Shown piece after piece: positions 1-9,280 of a DNA stretch of 36,410 bases. Both the position numbers and the translations under genes were made by a program. Below the pieces are notes generated by a model. That model was not told where the DNA came from and ran no database searches. It saw nothing but the letters and a program-made list of their open reading frames with translations. The stretch is taken from NCBI GenBank assembly GCA_963663405.2, contig CAXXSM010000001.1:1-36410 (forward strand), given 5' to 3'. Position 1 is the stretch's first letter; each line of letters starts with the position of its first letter. This stretch comes from a bacterium. GTDB taxonomy: Bacteria > Hinthialibacterota > Hinthialibacteria > Hinthialibacterales > Hinthialibacteraceae.

Positions 1-2217
1 ACCCAGCGACACCAAATCCTTTACATCGACAAGTTCGCGAAGGTTTTTCCGTACAGATTGAGCGTCCTTCGCGTCAATGTTGAATAGTAATGCGGTGCCT
101 GTATTGGCTAACGCGTCACGTTTGGATTGAGGGAATTGCGCGAGGTATTGATGCGCCAAAGTCAGATCCACTCCAAATTTCCGTGTTTCCGCAATAATGT
201 CATCAATGGATCCGGAGATAAAACGATGCGCTTCATCACAATAAATATGAAACGGTTTTCGCCGATTGTCTGGGATTTTATGACGGCTTAAGGCGGCTTG
301 ATGAAATAACGAAAGAATAAACGAACCAAGAATGTTACGCGTTTCAGAGCCCACATTGGCAAGATTGATTAAAAAGATCAATCCTTGATCCATGATCGAT
401 CTAAGATCGATCCGGTTTTCGCATTGGGACAGCATGAGAGAAACAGGCCCTGCGACCATTAATTTATCCAGTTTATTGATCGGAGGGTCAAACGCGTCTT
501 TTGGGAATCGTCTAAAACTTTCACTCCAGAACAGTTTCTCAGAGGCGGATAACTCTTGATTCAAGATTTCTTCTTGGAGCGTTTGACTCGCCGCCGAATC
601 GCGATGAAGAATCTTGTAAACATCCAGTAACGTGCTTTGTCTTCGATGGAGCAATCCGAGGAGGCTGTTCTTCAGAATTCGTTCCAGCCGATCCCCCCAT
701 CCTTCCACGATGCTCTTGAACGCGCCCACAATATCCTCCGCTATGCGAACCCGGTTTTGATACGCGTCGAGATTCATTGGATTCCAAGCCGGGATCCAAT
801 CTGGGTTTCCAGGATCGAAGTAGATGACGCGAGGCGCATGTTCTTTGGGAATTCGTTTCAGGATCTTATCGACGAGATCGGCATGAGGATCAAGTACCGC
901 AATCCCTTCGCCCCGGCTTAAATCCGCCAGCGCCATGGATTCCATTAAAGCAGATTTCCCTACACCGTTTTTCCCCAGTATGTGTGTATGTCTAGCCTTG
1001 ATATGCGGTGGAATGTGAATGAGCTTTTTCCCTTCCGCCGAATAGCAATACCCGATCAAGGTTCCTTCATTCAAGAGATTCGAGACAGGTTTTAATGTCT
1101 CCTGTTTTTGGATCGAAATACTGCGATTGACGAAACGTTTTGATAATGGGAGATGAGTCAAACCAGTCAATTCCCATGAATTAAGTACAAATCCGGGACG
1201 ATAGGATACCGCCTTCCTAAACATATCTCGTATATTCATCGCGGAGAGACGATTCAGATATTCTTCTTCGGTCATTCGATTGAGCGCTTTCCCTCCATGC
1301 TGAAACAGATTCACGATCGAATGCAATGTTTGTAAATACGCTTCCGAATCGTTTCCCCCATTCACCACGAGCGTGCGAATCGCGGTGGCATAGAATGGTT
1401 TGTCATTATGGGCTTTATTGTTGATTTCCTGGGAGGCGGTCCTTAAATCCAATGTGGGAGATTGCTGCGCAATCCGGCTGGATGCGAAGCCGTCTTGATG
1501 CAGGGTCAACTTGTATTCAAGATCCAGAAGGATTTCCACATTGCGATGCCAATCATGCTCCCGGCTCACGGGTTGAAAGAGGACCTGGTACAGACCGATT
1601 GCGGGTGTTGGAATCGCGAGGATTTGGTGGATCAATGATTCCAGGGGAGAGAGTTGGAGTTCAAATGGTCTCGTCAGCAAGTGTGAATACGGGGGATTAG
1701 GATAATAATCAAAAAATACTACCTCCTCCCATTTTCGCATGGGCGCCGGATCAAGAATCCAGTTATTTGAATCTGAAACACCGCAATCGGGATATTGCCC
1801 CCGCAACGCGGCTTGAAGAAGCGGAGAATCCTCATTCGAGGAGAGGTAAGAGATCGTAACGTTTTCTTCGTTTCCTGCGATCTCGAAAGCGAACCGGTTT
1901 TTTGATGAAGATAATTGCTTGATAAATAACTCCGGGTTGATCCATTCGAAGGAATCTTCTGGATTCAACCAAACGGTCAACCGTTTATAATCCCGTGTTC
2001 CCGCTGGCTGTTGAAAGATCTCCTGGTCTTGAGTAGTATCGGAATCCGGCTGGTTTCGATGGATTTGAATGGGCTGATAGACCGGTTCCAGTTCGATAGA
2101 GAGAGGGTAAATAAGAGGCTCGCATCCTTTCGTGATTTCTTTTTCGATCAGCGATTCGATTCTCGCGGCGAGAATACTGGGATACGAGCGCGCAATAAGG
2201 CTTTCTTGAATGCTCAT
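1..2217 (-). CDS. TraD/TrwB/VirD4-like (FtsK-HerA superfamily) ATPase, >739 aa, 3' end outside window
   Basis: Not in the ORF track (no stop in window). Hand translation is open from ATG 2217 (RBS GGAGG 5 nt upstream) to position 1. Motifs: Walker A RHTHILGKNGVGKS, GIAVLDPHADL, Walker B FHIYCDEAHRF, ETRKFGVDLTLAHQYLAQ. Confidence 0.85.
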   Translation of the reverse strand, partial: MSIQESLIARSYPSILAARIESLIEKEITKGCEPLIYPLSIELEPVYQPIQIHRNQPDSDTTQDQEIFQQPAGTRDYKRLTVWLNPEDSFEWINPELFIKQLSSSKNRFAFEIAGNEENVTISYLSSNEDSPLLQAALRGQYPDCGVSDSNNWILDPAPMRKWEEVVFFDYYPNPPYSHLLTRPFELQLSPLESLIHQILAIPTPAIGLYQVLFQPVSREHDWHRNVEILLDLEYKLTLHQDGFASSRIAQQSPTLDLRTASQEINNKAHNDKPFYATAIRTLVVNGGNDSEAYLQTLHSIVNLFQHGGKALNRMTEEEYLNRLSAMNIRDMFRKAVSYRPGFVLNSWELTGLTHLPLSKRFVNRSISIQKQETLKPVSNLLNEGTLIGYCYSAEGKKLIHIPPHIKARHTHILGKNGVGKSALMESMALADLSRGEGIAVLDPHADLVDKILKRIPKEHAPRVIYFDPGNPDWIPAWNPMNLDAYQNRVRIAEDIVGAFKSIVEGWGDRLERILKNSLLGLLHRRQSTLLDVYKILHRDSAASQTLQEEILNQELSASEKLFWSESFRRFPKDAFDPPINKLDKLMVAGPVSLMLSQCENRIDLRSIMDQGLIFLINLANVGSETRNILGSFILSLFHQAALSRHKIPDNRRKPFHIYCDEAHRFISGSIDDIIAETRKFGVDLTLAHQYLAQFPQSKRDALANTGTALLFNIDAKDAQSVRKNLRELVDVKDLVSLG

Positions 2218-2806
2218 CCTGACCTCCAAGCGAAATACGGCCGATATAGCGATTTCCAAAAAAACGATCCATGCCGGCGAGCCAGCCGGCTCGCTTAATT
2301 GGGAATCCGTTTCGATCCGGAAAATTCAAGTAGGCCTGAGCCGCGTGAAGGCGGTTTTTGTTTGGATTTTCCGAACCGCTTAAGCGTGGATGAGAATGAT
2401 TTCTCGTTTGAATTCTGTTTCAATTCGAAGAATCCGGCTTCATGGATTTTTCGAACCACCTTCACTCGTGTTGAGATTCAAAAAAAGTGATGTCGATTTT
2501 TTTTTGGGTTCAACCACACTAAGTATAAAGGAGGCAGAAAGCAGGAAAAATTTTTGGCAGGCGGTGGACAGTGAGAATTATCGGACGTTTCTGCTACGTA
2601 ATTGACGGACGAGTTCTGGATGTTTAAATAAGATGTCAGCCAAGTTCAGTGTCACGCGCGTGTTATGATCGTCTCTAAATTCGGCCGGGAGAAAATGCCC
2701 GTATTCCTCCACATACTCGTCAGCGATTTCGAATTTCTCGTCGGTAGACAGGCTGTTATATAACCGAAGCACAGGAAATTCGGTAGTGGTCCATATTAAT
2801 TGCAAG

Positions 2807-3967
2807 TCAAAAATTGGTGAATCTCAGGAGTTCCCCCATGCTCCAGACGTGATCGGTCAGATTCGCGGCCATGAAGGGAGTCGTGGATTTTCCATGCCGC
2901 TTGGTCAATGTTCCGTGTGGTTTACATAAGTGGTAATAGGCAAGAGTCAACGCGAGTTGATGGTGGTGGTTTTTCATGGATTTGGAGAATCGGAGCGATT
3001 TGCGTACGCACCGTGAATCCATGTGACGAATGATCCCGTTATTTCTCTCCACGTAGGATGTGTTGATTGTCCGGCTGACTTTGGATGCCGCCAGAATCGT
3101 TTCCACTCTTGCCGGATCGCCAAAAATTACCTTTCGTGTGACTTCAACCACTTTGTATTGTTTGTAGCGTTTCACGACGTGAACGTACACCAGATCGTTC
3201 GGAGGAACGAGTCGAGGATGCGGGGGTCTTCCCGGTCCCGGTTTCCGGTAAGGCTGGACCCATGTTCCATAGACTTGAAGCAACGCATTGGCATAATGAT
3301 CCAGTTGATCGGAGGAGAACAGATCGGGCATGGATACGGTGACTCGTTTCACCTCTTCAACCAGGGCGACGGCGGAAGGCAACGTTCGTTTCCCAATGAC
3401 ATGCGCGAGAACGACCTTGTTGACGGCATCGAAAGCAATCCAAATCCAGGCGTCGCCGAACACGCGCTGAAGTTTCTCGAACGGCTCCAGGTTTTTCTCC
3501 TTTTTCCCGACGAAAGACCACATTTCATCCAGCTGACATTCAGAGACGTTCGCCTTCACGAGGAGAGCGCGGTTGACCTTGACAGCATGCGCCCCGGCTT
3601 TCGCCAACACCATGAGAACGGTTTTCTTGTTCACGTTTTGAATGCGCGCCGTGGGCGAGATCCCCACCCCTTCCGCAAGGGATCGGGCAATGGTGGCAAA
3701 CCGTTCTTCCGAAAGACGCGTATGATGCAACGCGGTGTTTTTCCGTGGAGACGTTCGGGATGGGGAGGCCCTCAAAAAAATTCGTTCGGGATCAAGGAAT
3801 AAACCAGCTACGCCATGGATGGTCAGGGTTTTCCGGAGACGCTTGTCTATCCGATACCGTTGGTTAAGGGCGGCCTTACGCGCTTTCTCATAGAGTCCCT
3901 GGGCCTGATCCTCGTCTTCAAAGAACACCTGGTGAGGACAGTCTCCCGCGTTCACTTCCAAGGCCAA
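2807..3967 (-). CDS. IS1-family DDE transposase
   Basis: IS1-type motifs QLDEMWSFVGKK, WIWIAFD, FSSDQLDHY, TSYVERNN; HTH segment ISPTARIQNVNKKTV. Confidence 0.88.
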   Translation of the reverse strand: MALEVNAGDCPHQVFFEDEDQAQGLYEKARKAALNQRYRIDKRLRKTLTIHGVAGLFLDPERIFLRASPSRTSPRKNTALHHTRLSEERFATIARSLAEGVGISPTARIQNVNKKTVLMVLAKAGAHAVKVNRALLVKANVSECQLDEMWSFVGKKEKNLEPFEKLQRVFGDAWIWIAFDAVNKVVLAHVIGKRTLPSAVALVEEVKRVTVSMPDLFSSDQLDHYANALLQVYGTWVQPYRKPGPGRPPHPRLVPPNDLVYVHVVKRYKQYKVVEVTRKVIFGDPARVETILAASKVSRTINTSYVERNNGIIRHMDSRCVRKSLRFSKSMKNHHHQLALTLAYYHLCKPHGTLTKRHGKSTTPFMAANLTDHVWSMGELLRFTNF

Positions 3968-3969
3968 TG

Positions 3970-4431
3970 TCAGCGGAGCCCTTTTTTACTCAGACCCGTC
4001 TTTTCCACAATCCGTTCGACGGTCCGGCGTGAACAATCCACTTTATAGAGGCGTAAGATTTCTTGCCGCAAGTTCTCTCCCGACAAGTGAGGTTGTTCGA
4101 GTTTCCGGTGAATGATGAAGTTGACAATCTCTTGGTTGAGAGCGAGGAGGGGGCGGCGGCCCATGGAGGAGCCAAGTAAAGCCACGTAGCCCCGCTGCAT
4201 GAACATCCGTTCGAGCCGGTAGAAATACTCCCTGGAGAACCCAAAGAGGCGGCAGGCTTCAGCCACAGACATCGTGTCACTTCGAGCCGCGCGAAGCATC
4301 TCATATCGAACCTGGGGCAGGTCGAAGGGATCGAAGAAATCAAGAGTTTGGAACAGGGGGGAAGAGATTCGCTCCGGCTTTGGATTTAAGAGGCCTTCTT
4401 TTGCGAGGAACTGCGATTTCGTTTCGTTCAT
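3970..4431 (-). CDS. HTH DNA-binding accessory protein (153 aa) of the IS1-like element
   Basis: HTH motif SVAEACRLFGFSREYFYRL. ATG 4431 is chosen because copy 2 (34932-35393) encodes the identical 153 aa. Ends 2 nt before the transposase start. Confidence 0.82.
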   Translation of the reverse strand: MNETKSQFLAKEGLLNPKPERISSPLFQTLDFFDPFDLPQVRYEMLRAARSDTMSVAEACRLFGFSREYFYRLERMFMQRGYVALLGSSMGRRPLLALNQEIVNFIIHRKLEQPHLSGENLRQEILRLYKVDCSRRTVERIVEKTGLSKKGLR

Positions 4432-4466
4432 CGGTTCACTCCCATGGGCGGATTCAAGCATAAGGA

Positions 4467-4495
4467 ATTATACTCATGAAGGCGCAAAGTGTCAA
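4467..4495 (-). promoter_or_regulatory. Perfect-consensus sigma70 promoter of the IS1-like element
   Basis: Minus strand reads TTGACA (4495-4490), 17 bp, TATAAT (4472-4467). Both hexamers are conserved in copy 2. Confidence 0.8.
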
Positions 4496-4583
4496 CTATA
4501 TATGACGTTTTATTATTAATATATTCTTATTTTTATTGATATCCGACGTATATACGATTTCTATACGACATATATAGTTGACA
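4490..4583. repeat. 19-bp inverted repeat (18/19) overlapping the -35 box; candidate operator
   Basis: TGTCAACTATATATGACGT (4490-4508) vs ACGACATATATAGTTGACA (4565-4583). Also present at 18/19 in copy 2. Confidence 0.75.
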
Positions 4584-5095
4584 TGTTAATGAACGAAAAT
4601 AAGAGGCACACTACCCGCAACCTCTTGATATGATTGATTTTGGATGGTTCTATGACGAAGAGATAATTACGAGGAAAGGCTGCGACTAATCTACACCACT
4701 ACCGGAAATTCGATGTTCCTTTTTATTTCATAGTCCGCTATATGTTGGGCTAATTGGGTCAACAAAGGCCGGATTCCACCTTCCGCGCCGCTCTCGGCTA
4801 TTCGATGCGCAGCGATCATCCCATGCACCGGAAAGATTTGGTCAAAATAAATAATAGCTCGGCCAACATAATAGTCCCTAAAATCGCAATACGGATAAAT
4901 TATATCATTGATTTTTTGATCGGCCAAACACACAAATTCTCCCATTAACTCCTCAAACTCATCGTAGGAATTGAAATCCTTTTTTTGAAATTCATTCAAG
5001 GCCTCATTGACTCGATCTTCGACGAGATCCATCGACTTTCGGGGATCGATTTCCTCTAAAAGCGCTTTTAATTTTTTGTTCTTCAATGGCCTCTC

Positions 5096-5671
5096 CTATC
5101 TCGTGATACGGCGGTATGTATGCGCCATTTGCGACTTCGCGCGAAGAATGTCATAAATGATATTTTCCAATTCATCGCTATATTTTTCTGGATTAGTTAA
5201 ATCTATATCGGCAGCCAACAAACCGCCGTACTGTTGAAACAACTGCTTACACATCTCTTCCCGGTCCCTTGGATCATCTCTTTTGACATTGGCCGCAATA
5301 ATAACATTTGAATATCCTTGCATCGAACGCGTCTTTAAAGCATTCGCGATATAATCAAGGAGCATACGAATACCCCCATTCGCGCCGTTCTTCGCGTCTT
5401 TGAATAGAATCATGGAATCTTTTCTCGTTTGTTCTTGAAGAATTCTTTCGGCTTCTCCTTTCGCTTCGATTTTTGAAATGGTTCCTCCCACGGCGATACA
5501 TGTAGTAGTGTGATAACTGTAGTAATCACCAATTACCTCGAGAAAATCCTCGTATGTATTAATGGGAGGCGGTTTGGGATACTCGAGACGCGCATCGTCG
5601 TGCTTGTTCCCGATCATCTTTGCGATCGCGACATCATCCAACGCTCGTAATAGGTTATCGATTCTTGACAT
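5096..5671 (-). CDS. Hypothetical alpha-helical protein, 191 aa (paralog B); alternative in-frame start at 5830
   Basis: ATG 5671 (MSRIDNLL) has a GAGGAG RBS and aligns with the start of paralog A. Shared motifs TYEDFLE, AKNGANGGIRMLL, YGGLLAAD. Confidence 0.8.
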   Translation of the reverse strand: MSRIDNLLRALDDVAIAKMIGNKHDDARLEYPKPPPINTYEDFLEVIGDYYSYHTTTCIAVGGTISKIEAKGEAERILQEQTRKDSMILFKDAKNGANGGIRMLLDYIANALKTRSMQGYSNVIIAANVKRDDPRDREEMCKQLFQQYGGLLAADIDLTNPEKYSDELENIIYDILRAKSQMAHTYRRITR

Positions 5672-5842
5672 TGTCTTTCTCCTCTCAAACATGAGTTTTT
5701 GAATTCGCGAATTATAGAATCTATAGTCTGTTAATAGTTTTTTTTTGGTTTGATTCGGATTACCATAAGTTCTCGCATCACAATCCATTGTGTTGTAGAA
5801 AAAAATACCAGGATATCTCAGAACCTTCATTTGGATCTCCTC

Positions 5843-7510
5843 TTATCTATAGCTTTGCAAATTCCGATTCAGAGAATTAATGGATTCTATGATCACTCGA
5901 GTGAATTCTTTGTAATTCAACGCGATATGGTTCGCCGGAAGTTCCTGGAATTCTACGGGTAATAATTGCCCCAATTGCCTCTTGACCGCGGCGCTGAATT
6001 TCACCAAATCCGGCCAATGATCTGGATCGAGAATCTCGGTCAAAATATGCTCAATATGTTCATTCTTTTTTTCTAAAATGAATTGTTTCGTCATTTCATC
6101 TACAATCGTGCGAAGCCCCCCATCCACACCGGTCTTTGCCATGCGCCAAGCGATCTCAATCGCGTTGTCGCTCCTAAACGATCGTTTCAAAAGGCTTAAC
6201 GCCTCAGGACCTGCGGAGGAATGATGACCCGGCGTTTGGAAGATTCCAATCGAACGGTTTAAGCAGGTGTGACACGATTCGGTGGTTTCAAAAAATTCTT
6301 CGTAAGAGCTGGTCCGATTCTTGATAAGACGAAAGGAGAGTCTCGCCTCGTCAATTGCGCCAATAAATGAGTTGACGAGATTGGTGTCATTCAATTCATT
6401 CAAAAGGAATTTCAGCAATTCGTCGTATTCCTCATCCGTCTTTGGATTCTGTAAGATCGAATTGGCGGGCACAGAATCGAACTGAGAAAGGGATTCCGTC
6501 AAGTATTTAAAATCGGCTAGATCCGTATCCTCCACCAATGCGGCAAGAGCCTTCAGTTCCCGGCCTTGTAAAAAATGATCGATGATCTTCCGCGGCCGTT
6601 TGGATGGAGGAAGTGACTGGAATGTATTGAACAGGTTCAACCCAAAATCTTTTGGATAAAAACCAGAAGACGTGTGGGATTGGATACGAAGAGAAATGAA
6701 TCGTCTCGCGAGTCCAGCTTGGCCCGCAAAGAGAAAACCGGATACCTGCTTCCAGAATCGATCCTCGAGTTGCTGAGTCAATCCTGTAATGAATTCACTG
6801 CAGGGATTCGAGTTCATGAATTCGTCAGTGCGGCAATGGAAAAATCCCGCCGTTAGGGATCCATAAATCAACTGCCCTTCATCGATAATTCTCCCGATGA
6901 CGTCACGAAGCGCGTTTACTAAAACGAATTTGATTGCGCTTTTACTGGACGCAATCGCGATTTTCAATTCCTCTTGTTTCTGTGGAGTGATAATTCTCGT
7001 GGAGGGATCGCCATCGGGATCGGGACAAACAAACGTAGTAATCTCATCGTATTCCTGCGCGCCCCGGATTTTCGCGGGAATCGCTTCCACAATCGCGAGA
7101 TCCCCCTGCCGGGAACAGATATGGCCTGTCGCGGCAAAGTCCTGCCGCAGTGGAATGTTGAGATAGGTCGAGAGTAAAACCAAGAACACCGCGAGATCGG
7201 CGGAAAATCCATCCACTAAAAGGATCTTGTTCTGAACCGATGCGGCGCCGATATTAGAGACGGAAAGTATGATGGGAGACCATTCGACGTTTAACGCGTT
7301 TACGATTCGCTTCACGATGGGAAACACAATCCCACGAATATGATCCTGGGCTTCCGGAGAGAATTCTCCGGGGCCTTGGAACGAGATCTCTTCTTCCGCG
7401 GTTCGATCGATTTCCGCGGACAGAACGGCTAAGACCGATGTGGGATGTTCATCGTCTTCATACGCCAATACGATTTTTGCGCGCCCGATCGAGCCAGTCT
7501 CAATATTCAT
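5843..7510 (-). CDS. Stand-alone Lon-type (S16) Ser-Lys protease domain fused to a helical region and a C-terminal paralog-C domain
   Basis: DGFSADLAV...AATGHI...GDLAIVEAIPAKIRGA matches Lon DGPSAG..TGEI..G.V.P...EK..AA. Ser-to-Lys spacing is 44 (43 in E. coli Lon). No AAA+ Walker motifs seen. Confidence 0.75.
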   Translation of the reverse strand: MNIETGSIGRAKIVLAYEDDEHPTSVLAVLSAEIDRTAEEEISFQGPGEFSPEAQDHIRGIVFPIVKRIVNALNVEWSPIILSVSNIGAASVQNKILLVDGFSADLAVFLVLLSTYLNIPLRQDFAATGHICSRQGDLAIVEAIPAKIRGAQEYDEITTFVCPDPDGDPSTRIITPQKQEELKIAIASSKSAIKFVLVNALRDVIGRIIDEGQLIYGSLTAGFFHCRTDEFMNSNPCSEFITGLTQQLEDRFWKQVSGFLFAGQAGLARRFISLRIQSHTSSGFYPKDFGLNLFNTFQSLPPSKRPRKIIDHFLQGRELKALAALVEDTDLADFKYLTESLSQFDSVPANSILQNPKTDEEYDELLKFLLNELNDTNLVNSFIGAIDEARLSFRLIKNRTSSYEEFFETTESCHTCLNRSIGIFQTPGHHSSAGPEALSLLKRSFRSDNAIEIAWRMAKTGVDGGLRTIVDEMTKQFILEKKNEHIEHILTEILDPDHWPDLVKFSAAVKRQLGQLLPVEFQELPANHIALNYKEFTRVIIESINSLNRNLQSYR

Positions 7511-8127
7511 GAGGATCTCTCTCCGGAAGAACAGAATTCAATTGAAAGCGCCGCTTGGTCTTCTCCTGGAATAATTCTTACGAGCAGATCGCCGCCGGCT
7601 AGACTTTTTTGGTATATCCCAGACGTTGTTTTGGCTGCGAGTTTCAAGCGCTTTGGGGATGTTTTTTTTCGCAGGATGAAAAAGGATTCGCCGATCTCTT
7701 TTTTCCATAGCACCTGGCCGGTGTTCAATGCAATGGAATAGGTTCCAGTTTTAGTCAATTCCAGCTGTTTTCTGGTATGTGAATCCGGAAGATCAAATGT
7801 GTGGATCGGTTGATTGTTCCACCGTATAGTGATTCGGTAGAAATGGTGAATCGGCGATGAATCGGCAAATGTAGACCGATAGATGTTCTTGATTTCTTCC
7901 AGCGCTCGATCGGGGATTTCGCTGGAGAATTCGTCTTCGAATTCCATTTGTTCATGGATAGTCTTGCTTTCTTCCATAAACAGTTTGAAATTCTGATATC
8001 CTTCTCGATAATCGTCTTCTTTTCCGAGCCTTTCAATCTCCTCAAACGCATCGAACAGAGCGGTTTTCAGAGATGATGATCGGAAGGCGGTTTCGAGTAT
8101 CGGAATAAAGTAAAGGCGTTTATCCAT
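7507..8127 (-). CDS. Hypothetical protein, 206 aa (helical N-terminus, beta-rich C-terminus); possibly anti-sigma-like
   Basis: ATG 8127 (MDKRLYF) overlaps the upstream stop. Its stop overlaps the Lon start (ATGA). Function is inferred from position only. Confidence 0.65.
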   Translation of the reverse strand: MDKRLYFIPILETAFRSSSLKTALFDAFEEIERLGKEDDYREGYQNFKLFMEESKTIHEQMEFEDEFSSEIPDRALEEIKNIYRSTFADSSPIHHFYRITIRWNNQPIHTFDLPDSHTRKQLELTKTGTYSIALNTGQVLWKKEIGESFFILRKKTSPKRLKLAAKTTSGIYQKSLAGGDLLVRIIPGEDQAALSIEFCSSGERSS

Positions 8128-9280
8128 GATTGTGATTGTCCTTGTTGATTGCCGCTGTGATGAGCGTGATCGAATCCCAAACACCGGATTTCTTCGCCGC
8201 GTCAATCCATTCCGGTTCCATTGCCAGATACTGCGCAATGTTTTTGTATAAATCGGGGATTTTGATTTCCGCCTCTTCTGGTATCAATCCTTTTTTCCTC
8301 GCAGTACTATCGCCTCTATTTTGTTCGATTAACTTTTTCGTCCATTCCCTGCCTGCGAAATGACTCATACAAGACGGCTGAAGACCAAATTTCCCCGCGA
8401 GAAGAGAGGGTTGGAAACAATCCTCCGCGATCTCTTCCATGATCGTAAGAACCAGTTTACGAACTTTCAGGCGGCCGAGTTTTTGGATACAGGGCCGCAA
8501 CCTGGAAATATCCGAGGCTTTCTCATTCGCAATGAAGTCTCTCAATCGTTTTCGAGTGAATTGATCGAACGGAGAATCCGGCGCCGGATGATTCTCGCTT
8601 AATTCATCCAGACAGTCGTCGATACGCAAGAAACGGCCGGTAAACCGGAAATATTGGTCAATGATTCTTTGTATTCGTTCTTTCTCAACCGGCGTCCCAT
8701 TTTGAGCGTCCGGGATAAACGTTTCGAGCCATTTCTTTCTCTCCTGCCCAGGGAGCGAAAGTGGAAGGTACACAACAATCGTCATTCCGTTTCGTTCCCA
8801 GTTGTATCGGTTCCAGCCTTCAATCTCCCGTTGACATTCCCGCTGGGACCAAATGAAATGTCGATAGACCAATTTCTGGAATTCCCGTTCCTGCTCGATG
8901 AACTGTTCGAGTTTCGTGTCGTTCAATTCCGCCGTTTCCAATCCAGGGAACTTATGGAGGAAGGAACGGAATTGATTGCGGCAATCAGGACCGTGATTTC
9001 GATTATGGCCGCTCAATTCAGGGAGATTGATAAATTTATCAATCAGATGGTCGAATGTCTTTTCAGACAATGGTTCGTTATAAAGACTGAGCGCGTGGCG
9101 TAATTGAATTACAAATTCCCAGAAATTAAGGTTGTTCCTGTTGTGGGTATGAAAACAATACCGGTTTTCCAGGATTTCACGCAAAGCCGCTTCATCCGAT
9201 TGATGATAAATTCGGAACGAAAGATTGACTAAAGTTAATTGTGAATAATCTGTGATCTTTCGTAATTGTTTCATGATCAT
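8120..9280 (-). CDS. Hypothetical protein with C-terminal HTH; possibly a divergent sigma-factor-like regulator
   Basis: 386-aa ORF heading a translationally coupled run. HTH-like PSLLAGKFGLQPSCMSHF; N-terminal SDEAALREIL resembles ECF region 1.2/2.1. The sigma call is tentative. Confidence 0.55.
   Translation of the reverse strand: MIMKQLRKITDYSQLTLVNLSFRIYHQSDEAALREILENRYCFHTHNRNNLNFWEFVIQLRHALSLYNEPLSEKTFDHLIDKFINLPELSGHNRNHGPDCRNQFRSFLHKFPGLETAELNDTKLEQFIEQEREFQKLVYRHFIWSQRECQREIEGWNRYNWERNGMTIVVYLPLSLPGQERKKWLETFIPDAQNGTPVEKERIQRIIDQYFRFTGRFLRIDDCLDELSENHPAPDSPFDQFTRKRLRDFIANEKASDISRLRPCIQKLGRLKVRKLVLTIMEEIAEDCFQPSLLAGKFGLQPSCMSHFAGREWTKKLIEQNRGDSTARKKGLIPEEAEIKIPDLYKNIAQYLAMEPEWIDAAKKSGVWDSITLITAAINKDNHNHG

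Larger units (their letters stand above)
2782..4703 (-). mobile_element. IS1-family-like element, 1922 bp, copy 1
   Basis: Imperfect terminal IRs GGTAGTGGTCCATATTA / GGTAGTGGTGTAGATTA. 8-bp TSD GGAAATTC at 2774-2781 and 4704-4711. Near-identical copy at 33744-35665. Confidence 0.92.
2578..5086 (-). pseudogene. ~195-aa alpha-helical protein (paralog A) split by IS1-like insertion; pieces 4704-5086 and 2578-2781
   Basis: Removing 2782-4703 and one GGAAATTC copy rejoins ...KRNIEF-P-VLRLYNSLSTDEK... in frame. TTG start at 5086 with GGAGAGG RBS. Confidence 0.88.

Noticed and set aside
2277-2294. GCGAGCC-AGCC-GGCTCGC hairpin as a terminator or oriT
   Set aside because: 7-bp stem with no U-tract and no recognisable nic motif; no relaxase in the window.
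539-2605. Short ORFs 539-799, 637-921, 1452-1700, 1985-2329, 2011-2298, 2299-2490 and 2390-2605
   Set aside because: They are shadows of the TraD-like gene or lie in its upstream intergenic region, and have no motifs.
3023-3802. 259-aa plus-strand ORF (and analogous antisense ORFs in other IS copies)
   Set aside because: Antisense to the transposase and broken by a stop in copy 2.
7507-8238. ORF-track start at 8238 (and similarly 25568 for HU and 4461 for the IS HTH gene)
   Set aside because: The 8238 and 25568 starts create long overlaps, and 4461 is absent in IS copy 2. Downstream ATGs at 8127, 25727 and 4431 fit better.
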